Below are positions 18,067 through 24,337 of a DNA stretch of 40,269 nt, in pieces. The stretch lies in the NCBI GenBank assembly GCA_964590705.1, contig CAZPZF010000002.1:1-40269 (forward strand). Reading direction: 5' to 3'. This DNA comes from an uncultured Spirochaetales bacterium (lineage in GTDB: Bacteria > Spirochaetota > Spirochaetia > CAZPZF01). The translations under genes were made by a program, and so were the position numbers. Every line of letters begins with the position of its first letter. Within the stretch, counting starts at the first letter, position 1. The notes below the pieces were generated by a model. The model ran no database searches. It was not told the DNA's origin and was given only the letters and a program-made list of their open reading frames with translations.

Positions 18067-19239
18067 ATGCCTCGAATCCTGATAACGGGTTGCCCATGGC
18101 AGCAGGCAGAACCGATCGTTGCGCTTCTTCATGACGACTACGTGATCAGACATCGGGAGACTCCTGGCCTCGAACAAGACATCGATCCTCTGGGAGACGC
18201 GGACAAGCCGGACGCGGTCATCCTCGTCTGCAGCGATTATCATGACCGTCCCCTTTCCGATGGCGAGGCATCGTTCATCGTCGGCCTGGGCGAACGGGGG
18301 ATCCCTCTCATCCTCGTGACGGGGAACAGCCGGTTACAGAGTCTCCCGCCTTCCGAGCCTTGGAGGGACCAGAACGCCTCACGATGGATTTCGGAAACAG
18401 TTCCTCTCTACGAGGGATTGCGCGGGATCAACGACTCTGTCAGGCGAGCGATCCTCAAGGGAGCGGCCGGATCTCATGAATCGAAACCGCACCTTCAGGA
18501 TCCCGGCGGCCCCCTTCTCGGAACGAGCAAGGCGATCCGGGAGGTGAACTCCCTCATCATCAAATACGCAGCGAGCAACTTTCCCCTCCTCATCTACGGG
18601 GAAACGGGAACGGGAAAGGAACTCGCCGCCCGTTCGGTGCATCGTTTCTCCAAAAGGGGCAACCGGAGCTTCGTGGCTAGGAACTGCGCCGCGATTCCCT
18701 TGCCCCTCATTGAAACCGAACTCTTCGGAAGTGAACGCGGCGCCTATACGGACGCGATCTCCAGACCGGGCTGCTTTCAGCTGGCGGACAAGGGAAGCCT
18801 TTTCCTCGACGAGATAGGAGACCTTCTACCGACCGGGCAGGCGAAGCTGCTCCGTGCAATAGAGGCGCACGAGATATTGCCGGTCGGCGGAGTTCGAACC
18901 GTTCCGGTGGATGTTCGGATCATATCTGCCACGAACAGAAACCTGAAAAGAGATATGAAGAACCGCCGCTTCAGATCGGACCTCTACTACCGGATCAACA
19001 CCCTTCAGTTATTCATGCCCGCGCTTCGGGAGAGGAAGGAGGACATCCCCCTGCTTCTTGAAGCCTTCCTGCGGGAAGAGGGAGAAACCCGCGGGATCGA
19101 CAGGCCGGCCATGGAGAAACTGCTCGACTATGACTGGCCTGGAAACGTGCGGGAACTCCTCAGCGTAGTCAAACGTGCCTTGGTTTTTTCGCATCGGGAA
19201 ACGATATCCGACGAAGATATCCTCTTCGACCGGGAATAA
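18067..19239 (+). CDS. sigma-54-interaction-domain AAA+ activator with a pseudo-receiver N-terminus and no C-terminal HTH
   Basis: Walker A is YGETGTGKE and Walker B is LFLDEIGDL. The family signature DLYYRIN...PALRERKEDIPLL...WPGNVRELLSV is present. The protein ends about 20 aa after the AAA+ lid (no Fis-type HTH). The loop motif reads GAYTDA (18739-18756) instead of GAFTGA. Confidence 0.85.
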   Translation: MPRILITGCPWQQAEPIVALLHDDYVIRHRETPGLEQDIDPLGDADKPDAVILVCSDYHDRPLSDGEASFIVGLGERGIPLILVTGNSRLQSLPPSEPWRDQNASRWISETVPLYEGLRGINDSVRRAILKGAAGSHESKPHLQDPGGPLLGTSKAIREVNSLIIKYAASNFPLLIYGETGTGKELAARSVHRFSKRGNRSFVARNCAAIPLPLIETELFGSERGAYTDAISRPGCFQLADKGSLFLDEIGDLLPTGQAKLLRAIEAHEILPVGGVRTVPVDVRIISATNRNLKRDMKNRRFRSDLYYRINTLQLFMPALRERKEDIPLLLEAFLREEGETRGIDRPAMEKLLDYDWPGNVRELLSVVKRALVFSHRETISDEDILFDRE

Positions 19240-19249
19240 TCCCGTATGG

Positions 19250-19744
19250 CTAAATGAGTATCCGGATAAATTTGCCCTCAATTACGGGAACAATGGAGCC
19301 ATCGGCCATGGTTCTGAATTCGGCGAGCCGTCCTACTACCAGGACACGGGAATGGAGCGTCAGCTCTGTTTCGGAGCGTCTCCTGCTCCTCCTGGCCGGA
19401 ATGAGCGAAGCGAATTCATCGCCGGAAAACCGAACGATGCAGCGGTACATCCTCACGTCTTCGAGGCCGACCCATTCCCCCTGGATCACCTCGATCTCGC
19501 CGATAAAAGCCTCCCCTTCTCCGCTCAGCACTTCACGCGAGGTTACCGAGCCGTCGATGATGATGAATCTGTCGGTATCCGCCTGATCCTGGTTTCCCCT
19601 GGCTATGAGAAGGTTCAGATCGCGCAGGGTCATGGAGAAATTGACCACCCCGAGAAAATCGTTGACCGATGCCGCGGATACCGCCGCTCCCACGGAAACG
19701 AGAAAAACCGCGCATAGAAAGGAAAGAAGAATACTTTTCTTCAT
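19250..19744 (-). CDS. secreted hypothetical protein
   Basis: MKKSILLSFLCAVFLVSVGAAVSAAS is a signal peptide. A GGAGAGGA Shine-Dalgarno sequence lies 8 nt upstream. No family recognised. Confidence 0.6.
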   Translation of the reverse strand: MKKSILLSFLCAVFLVSVGAAVSAASVNDFLGVVNFSMTLRDLNLLIARGNQDQADTDRFIIIDGSVTSREVLSGEGEAFIGEIEVIQGEWVGLEDVRMYRCIVRFSGDEFASLIPARRSRRRSETELTLHSRVLVVGRLAEFRTMADGSIVPVIEGKFIRILI

Positions 19745-19776
19745 ACTGTCATCCTCTCCTGGCCCAAGATACCGTC

Positions 19777-19805
19777 AGTATAGCAAAAATGCGGCCGTTT
19801 GTCTC
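19777..19805 (-). promoter_or_regulatory. sigma-70-like promoter for the 19250-19744 gene
   Basis: The minus strand reads GAGACA-N17-TATACT, with TGC immediately before the -10 hexamer (extended -10-like). It lies about 32 nt upstream of the ATG. Confidence 0.35.
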
Positions 19806-19872
19806 TGGAATCTCCGCTTCGCGCCGCGGGGTTTCTCGGAAAATTCCTCTTGATAAAAGAGCGTACCGCTGA

Positions 19873-19930
19873 TAGACTTAATCCCGAATCTGATTTCCCG
19901 TATTCTATAGGGATTAATATAGTAAGTCTA
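19873..19930. repeat. nested inverted repeat in a divergent intergenic region
   Basis: TAGACTTA-ATCCC (19873-19885) pairs with GGGAT (19910-19914) and TAAGTCTA (19923-19930). The right arm carries an 8-nt insert. AT-rich context between two divergent promoters. Confidence 0.4.
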
Positions 19931-20048
19931 TATCCGTTTATTCCGACAATAAAAAGGATTGGCACAAGGAGCCCGTTTTTCAACGCGGCTCCGCTTTTAG
20001 GACGATACGAGGAGATTTCAGGTCTTGCAGGTATACACAGCCACTCAT

Positions 20049-20077
20049 TTGACAAAGGAATTATTGATTACTAAGAT
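20049..20077 (+). promoter_or_regulatory. sigma-70-like promoter of the STAS / YbjN-like / pspA operon
   Basis: Perfect -35 TTGACA (20049-20054), a 17-nt spacer, and -10 TAAGAT (20072-20077). About 40 nt upstream of the ATG at 20117. Confidence 0.45.
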
Positions 20078-20116
20078 AGATACAGGCGAATCCCGTGGTC
20101 AATGCAAAGAGGTCCC

Positions 20117-20668
20117 ATGAGTAACAACGATATAGTACCTGGATTTGACGAGGAAAAAGACGACAGCCTTAAAATCCGCCTGCAACGGATCGATACCGTC
20201 GAAGGGTGTCTCGTTCTCTATCTGACCGGCTATATAGACACGTACAATTCGAATTTCTTCCAGAAACGGGTGACCAAGGCTACGGAAGCGGGCTATATCA
20301 GGTTGATCTTTAACTGTGCGGGGCTCAACTATGTGTCGAGTACGGGAATCGGCTCTTTCACCGCTTTCCTAAAAGCGGTCAAGCCCCGCGGAGGAGACCT
20401 CGTTCTTCTCGAGATACAACCGAAAGTATATGAAGTATTCCAGTTGCTGGGATTCTCCCAATTCTTCAACATCAAGGACAACCTGAACGAAGCGGTGGAT
20501 TTCTTCGGTTCCGGAGGCAAGGCCGGAGTCGCCGATATCTTCCCCAAGATCTTCCAATGCCCAATCTGCTCTAAAAAACTGAAGGCGATCAAGGCCGGCC
20601 GGTTCCGCTGCTCAGAGTGCAAGACCATCCTCGCCATCGACAACTCCGGACAGGTTTTCCTAGGTTGA
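20117..20668 (+). CDS. STAS-domain (anti-sigma-factor-antagonist-like) protein fused to a C-terminal zinc ribbon
   Basis: STAS core is LVLYLTGYIDTYNSNFF...IRLIFNCAGLNYVSSTGIGSF...DLVLLEIQPKVYEVFQLLGFSQFF. The C-terminus has CPICSKK-x13-CSECK (CxxC...CxxC). Start taken at MSNNDIV, which has an AAAGAGG Shine-Dalgarno sequence. Confidence 0.8.
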   Translation: MSNNDIVPGFDEEKDDSLKIRLQRIDTVEGCLVLYLTGYIDTYNSNFFQKRVTKATEAGYIRLIFNCAGLNYVSSTGIGSFTAFLKAVKPRGGDLVLLEIQPKVYEVFQLLGFSQFFNIKDNLNEAVDFFGSGGKAGVADIFPKIFQCPICSKKLKAIKAGRFRCSECKTILAIDNSGQVFLG

Positions 20669-20702
20669 CCCCAGAACAGCTGCAGATATTCGGGAGGCGT
20701 CC

Positions 20703-21089
20703 ATGAAATCCAGGGAAAAGATAGAAGGATATCTCATCAACCTGGGCATCACGTTCGAGGAGATAGGTCCTGCGAGCTGGCTCATCAACGATGACGAAAA
20801 AGGCCTTGAACGGGTAATCGTCATCGTCGAAGACCCCCTGGTCATGTTCCGGGTGAAGGTCATGGACCTACCGGCCAAGCGGACCGCGGAATTCATGGAG
20901 AAGCTTCTCCGCCTCAACGCATCCGACCTCGTGCACGGCGCATATGCCTTGGACGAGGACGGCAGCGTTCTGCTTGTAGACACACTGCAGGCCACCACGC
21001 TGGATATCGAGGAATTCCAGGCTTCCCTGGACGCCATAGGCCTCGCATTAGCGCAGCATTATCCCATTCTGTCCGCCTATCGGGAATGA
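20703..21089 (+). CDS. YbjN-like / T3SS-chaperone-like small cytoplasmic protein (tentative)
   Basis: 128 aa. The pattern IEGYLINLGITFEEIGPASWLI...VIVIVEDPLVMFRVKVMDLP...EFMEKLLRLNASDLVHGAYALDEDGSVLLVDTL resembles the YbjN sensory-transduction-regulator fold family. A GGGAGG Shine-Dalgarno sequence is present. Confidence 0.5.
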   Translation: MKSREKIEGYLINLGITFEEIGPASWLINDDEKGLERVIVIVEDPLVMFRVKVMDLPAKRTAEFMEKLLRLNASDLVHGAYALDEDGSVLLVDTLQATTLDIEEFQASLDAIGLALAQHYPILSAYRE

Positions 21090-21125
21090 AGGGTCGGACA
21101 CGGTGAAGAAGAGAGGGAGTTGACT

Positions 21126-21815
21126 ATGGGTTTGTTCGACCGTTTCAAACGCGTTGTAAAATCGAACCTCAACGACATGATCAGCAAAGCTGAAAACCCG
21201 GAAAAGATGCTCAACCAGCTGATCATCGACATGAACGAACAGCTGATAGAGGCCAAGAAGAGTGTGGCATCGGCCATCGCTGACGAGAAGAAGCTGGAAC
21301 GCCAGATGAACGAGCAGCTGAACCAGGCGGAGGAATGGGAACGCAAGGCGGTGCTTGCTCTCAGGGCCGAAAAGGAGGACCTGGCCAAGGAAGCCCTTGT
21401 GAGGAAACAGGACTTCGAGGCCATGGCGACCCAGTACAAGACTCAGTGGGAAGCGCAGCACGCTTCCGTCGAGAAACTCAAAGTCGCGCTCCGTCAGCTG
21501 CAGCAGAAAATAGAAGAAGCGCAGAGGAAGAAAAACCTCCTGGTGGCGCGCGCGAAACGCGCCGACGCCCAGAAGAAGATACAGCAGACCATGGGAAGCT
21601 TCAGCGACACATCCGCGTTCGAGGCTTTCGACCGCATGGCCGCGAAGGTCGAAAAGATCGAAGCTGAAGTGGAAGCCATGCAGGAGATCGAGGGAGCAAC
21701 GATGCAGGACGACCTGGAGAGCAGGTTCAAGGCCCTCGAATCCTCGGGCAAGACCGCGGATCTATTGCTGGAGGATCTGAAAAAGAGACTCCAGGATGAG
21801 TCTTCGCACAACTAA
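21126..21815 (+). CDS. pspA: PspA/IM30/Vipp1 family protein (phage shock protein A)
   Basis: MGLFDRFKRVVKSNLNDMISKAENPEKMLNQLIIDMNEQLIEAKKSVASAIADEKKLERQ... is the canonical PspA N-terminus and coiled coil. A GAGGGAG Shine-Dalgarno sequence lies 8 nt upstream of the ATG at 21126. Confidence 0.9.
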   Translation: MGLFDRFKRVVKSNLNDMISKAENPEKMLNQLIIDMNEQLIEAKKSVASAIADEKKLERQMNEQLNQAEEWERKAVLALRAEKEDLAKEALVRKQDFEAMATQYKTQWEAQHASVEKLKVALRQLQQKIEEAQRKKNLLVARAKRADAQKKIQQTMGSFSDTSAFEAFDRMAAKVEKIEAEVEAMQEIEGATMQDDLESRFKALESSGKTADLLLEDLKKRLQDESSHN

Positions 21816-22521
21816 GGCGGCCATATCCCGCGCGGGTACACCCTCATATCCCCTCAGGCTCAACTGTTTCGGTTTCAACGAAAACGCGACCGCCCGTTAC
21901 GTGAAGAGTCTTTCCAGGGAAAGAACCTTCACCGTTTCATTCTCTTCTGCGCCTGAGGATCCCCTCGCCGTCGATCTCTACCTTGCCCCGTCATCGGCGG
22001 TTAGGGAAGGAAAGCTTCCCGAATCCCTGCTGCGCAGGGAATCTCCTCCCCTCTTCCTTTCGGGTCCGTCGGCCGACCTCCGGAGTGCGTTCCTCATCGG
22101 CTGCGCCGATTTTCTGAAGGAGCCGTGGTCCACAGACGAGCTTATCGCGCGAGCGGAGCGGGCGCTTCGCTATTACCGGTTCCCGGGGATACCCGAGGCG
22201 GTCCGGTTTACGGGCTCGGCGCTCTATTGCGGAATCGGGCAGATTCCCCTGACACCGCACGAAACCCTCATCCTCAGGACCCTCCTCAGGTTCAACGGGG
22301 AACCCGTATCACGGGAGACCCTGTTCATTCTTACGGGAAAAAACGCGGAAGCGGGATCAGGCCGGGGAAAACCAGGCAGATCCGCGGATGTCCATATCGC
22401 GGCGCTCCGAAGGAAGCTCTCCCCCCTCTTTCCGGAGGGGACGGTTCCGATCGGTACGGCTAGGGGACTCGGATACTACATCGAGCCGGGACGCGCGGGC
22501 AGGGCGCCCGATTCCCCATAG
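21796..22521 (+). CDS. OmpR/PhoB-type winged-helix regulator with a degenerate (pseudo-)receiver N-terminus
   Basis: The C-terminal region LTPHETLILRTLLRFNGEPVSRETLF...VHIAALRRKL...IGTARGLGYYIE is the Trans_reg_C pattern. The N-terminal ~120 aa is receiver-sized but lacks the DD pocket and a clear phospho-acceptor. Overlaps pspA by 20 nt. Confidence 0.65.
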   Translation: MSLRTTKAAISRAGTPSYPLRLNCFGFNENATARYVKSLSRERTFTVSFSSAPEDPLAVDLYLAPSSAVREGKLPESLLRRESPPLFLSGPSADLRSAFLIGCADFLKEPWSTDELIARAERALRYYRFPGIPEAVRFTGSALYCGIGQIPLTPHETLILRTLLRFNGEPVSRETLFILTGKNAEAGSGRGKPGRSADVHIAALRRKLSPLFPEGTVPIGTARGLGYYIEPGRAGRAPDSP

Positions 22522-22526
22522 GCAGC

Positions 22527-22558
22527 CCTGTGGATTTCTGTGTATATCCTGTGGATAA
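22527..22558 (+). promoter_or_regulatory. direct repeats CCTGTGGAT x2 (21-bp phasing); the second is a perfect DnaA-box 9-mer TGTGGATAA
   Basis: CCTGTGGAT occurs at 22527-22535 and 22548-22556. TGTGGATAA (reverse complement of TTATCCACA) is at 22550-22558. A third perfect copy lies at 22774-22782. The repeats start 6 nt after the stop of the winged-helix regulator gene. Confidence 0.4.
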
Positions 22559-22790
22559 TCAACAATGTCAATGCGAAAAATACAGATCGGGAAACAAAAT
22601 ATCGCTATTTTACAGGCTAAGGGTATTAACCGATGTTAAGTAGAAACGATTAACTCCTTATCTTGTAAGGTTTTATCTTACACAACCACTCGAACGACTT
22701 CTCAGTCGGAGCAATAAATACCGAAGAAAACGCATATTTCCGTGGGGATGATCGAGGGTTTTTTCAGTCAAATTGTGGATAACTTGTGCA

Positions 22791-23105
22791 TCATTCGACA
22801 ATTACGGCAGTTCCGTAGACCATAAGTTCCGCCGCGCTCTGCATCACGCTCGTTGTGGTAAAGCGGAGGCCCACCACTGCGTTCGCGCCCAGAATTTCAG
22901 CCTCTTCCATCAGGCGGTCCAGCGCCTGCTCCCTCGATTCGGCCATGAGTTTGGTATAATCGGTGATCTCCCCGCCCACCATGTTTTTGAATCCGGCCAT
23001 GATGTCCCTGCCGATATTCCTGGCCCGGATGGTGTTCCCCTTCACGAGCCCGAGCACCTTCGTAATGTTCTTTCCCGGTACCGTATCCGTGGTCACAAGG
23101 ATCAT
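22791..23105 (-). CDS. YbjQ/UPF0145 family protein (putative heavy-metal-binding domain)
   Basis: MILVTTDTVPGKNITKVLGLVKGNTIRARNIGRDIMAGFKNMVGGEI..YTKLMAESREQALDRLMEEAEILGANAVVGLRF is the near-canonical YbjQ pattern. Confidence 0.85.
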   Translation of the reverse strand: MILVTTDTVPGKNITKVLGLVKGNTIRARNIGRDIMAGFKNMVGGEITDYTKLMAESREQALDRLMEEAEILGANAVVGLRFTTTSVMQSAAELMVYGTAVIVE

Positions 23106-23536
23106 TTCATCACCTCTCTGTAACGGTCGCTCTTCCGCTCCCTCATTCTATCAGCGATCGTTACGCCGAGCAAGACGAGCACACCCGCCGCTATTCCGGC
23201 AAAGAGGAGGACCGCAGCGAGGTCCTGTTTCTCCGTCTTGAGGAAGGAAATCACCGCGTACACGACGAGGAGGACGTACGATCCGATGAAAGCGATCTTT
23301 CCGAACAAGGAGAAACCCCTTCGCACACGGTTCTTTTCCAGATCCTCAAACCACTCCCTCCTGGGCCCGGGGAAAGCGACTCCCCTGAGTTCCCGTTTGA
23401 CGGTCAGAAGGTCGATATAGGCCTTCCGGCACGCGTAGCAGCTCTCGATGTGGGAAAGGGTCGCCTCGATCTCCTCCTCCGGCAGTTCGGAGTCGATCAG
23501 CGCCTGCACCTTGAGCCTGGCTTCTTCGCAATTCAT
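23102..23536 (-). CDS. zinc-binding (ZAS, zf-HC2) anti-sigma factor with 2 TM segments and no sizeable extracytoplasmic domain
   Basis: MNCEEARLKVQALIDSELPEEEIEATLSHIESCYACRKAY carries the H-x3-C-x2-C motif. TM segments are IAFIGSYVLLVVYAVISFL and AAVLLFAGIAAGVLVLLGVTIA. ATGA overlaps on both sides. Confidence 0.8.
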   Translation of the reverse strand: MNCEEARLKVQALIDSELPEEEIEATLSHIESCYACRKAYIDLLTVKRELRGVAFPGPRREWFEDLEKNRVRRGFSLFGKIAFIGSYVLLVVYAVISFLKTEKQDLAAVLLFAGIAAGVLVLLGVTIADRMRERKSDRYREVMK

Positions 23537-24129
23537 CCTCTGTCCTCCTCCATTCCCTTCCGGAGCGGATATTCATCGGTCATCGACCGTCCTTCTTCTC
23601 CACCGGAAGCGGCGAGAATCGTCTTCAGGTGCATCCTGGCGTGGTACAGCCGCGACATGACCGTTCCTATGGGAATGTCCAGGATCTCGGCAATCTCCGC
23701 ATACCCGCAGCCGTCGAATTCCTTGAGGACCAGGATCTCCCGATGCGACGGTGAAAGCCGCCTCATGGCTCTGCGTACCGCCTGGGTTCTCTCCTCTCGG
23801 TCAAGAGCCTCTGAGGGCCCGAACCCCGCCGCCGGTACCAGATCGAAATCCGCCTCCGCGGTCGTCTCCCGGTTCCGTTTCTCTATCCGGTTGAGCGATA
23901 AATTCCTGGCGATCTGGTACAGCCACGGGAAAACCGGCCGGTCAGCCTTAAAACGCTCTATGGCCAGAAAGGCCTTCATGAAGGTCTCCTGGGCGACATC
24001 AGCCGCGTCATCCGTGTTGCGGAGAAAGGAGTAGGCAACGTTGTAGATCCGCCGGGAGTAGAGGGAAACGAGACTGCCGAAGGCCTTCCTGTCTCCCCCC
24101 TGGGCCGCGATGATGATGGCGCTCTCCAT
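23533..24129 (-). CDS. ECF (group 4) sigma-70 family sigma factor
   Basis: Region 2 is FGSLVSLYSRRIYNVAYSFLRNTDDAADVAQETFMKAF...FPWLYQIARN. Region 4 is LSPSHREILVLKEFDGCGYAEIAEILDIPIGTVMSRLYHAR. Confidence 0.9.
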   Translation of the reverse strand: MESAIIIAAQGGDRKAFGSLVSLYSRRIYNVAYSFLRNTDDAADVAQETFMKAFLAIERFKADRPVFPWLYQIARNLSLNRIEKRNRETTAEADFDLVPAAGFGPSEALDREERTQAVRRAMRRLSPSHREILVLKEFDGCGYAEIAEILDIPIGTVMSRLYHARMHLKTILAASGGEEGRSMTDEYPLRKGMEEDRG

Positions 24130-24280
24130 AGGTATCCAGTATACAACGGCGGCGGGAGTTTATTCATGGTACGTGTTACGAAGATTGTAAAACGTCCGGA
24201 GACGGAAGGCCACGTCAGGAACCGGCGGAAAATGGCAGGACTGCCATGGCGAGAAGGCCAAAGGAGGACCGGCGCGCACC

Positions 24281-24315
24281 CAAAAGCAAAAGAGCCGCCC
24301 CGGAGGGCGGCTCTT
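24281..24315 (-). terminator. rho-independent terminator of the NHL lipoprotein gene
   Basis: Perfect 10-bp GC-rich stem AGAGCCGCCC-cgga-GGGCGGCTCT. On the minus strand it is followed by TTTTGCTTTTGGG. It lies about 25 nt past the stop at 24338. Confidence 0.7.
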
Positions 24316-24337
24316 CGATTCGGAAATGCTTTTTACA

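Noticed and set aside
19951-19966. TTGGCACAAGGAGCCC looked like a sigma-54 -24 element upstream of the STAS/pspA operon, which would parallel E. coli pspA.
   Set aside because: The only downstream GC dinucleotide is 2 nt too close to the GG (TGGCAC-N5 is followed by GCCCG, not TTGC). A good sigma-70-like promoter lies closer to the gene.
22610-22645. Possible dif/Xer site (GATGTTAAGT resembles the XerD arm TTATGTTAAAT), given the convergent gene arrangement.
   Set aside because: Only about 8 of 11 bases match in one arm, and there is no credible XerC arm at the required 6-bp spacing.
22522-22790. Interpreting the DnaA-box cluster as the chromosomal origin (oriC).
   Set aside because: Not adopted as the primary call. 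The flanking genes converge on the spacer, which is the opposite of the usual divergence at origins. No dnaA, dnaN, gidA or parAB genes are nearby, and I see only three boxes. It remains testable by GC skew, so it is kept as an alternative within the finding.
24232-24247. Palindrome ATGGCAGGACTGCCAT upstream of the ECF sigma operon.
   Set aside because: It could be an operator or a second stem of the upstream terminator region. It is a single occurrence with no supporting motif, and I could not link it to an ECF-type promoter.
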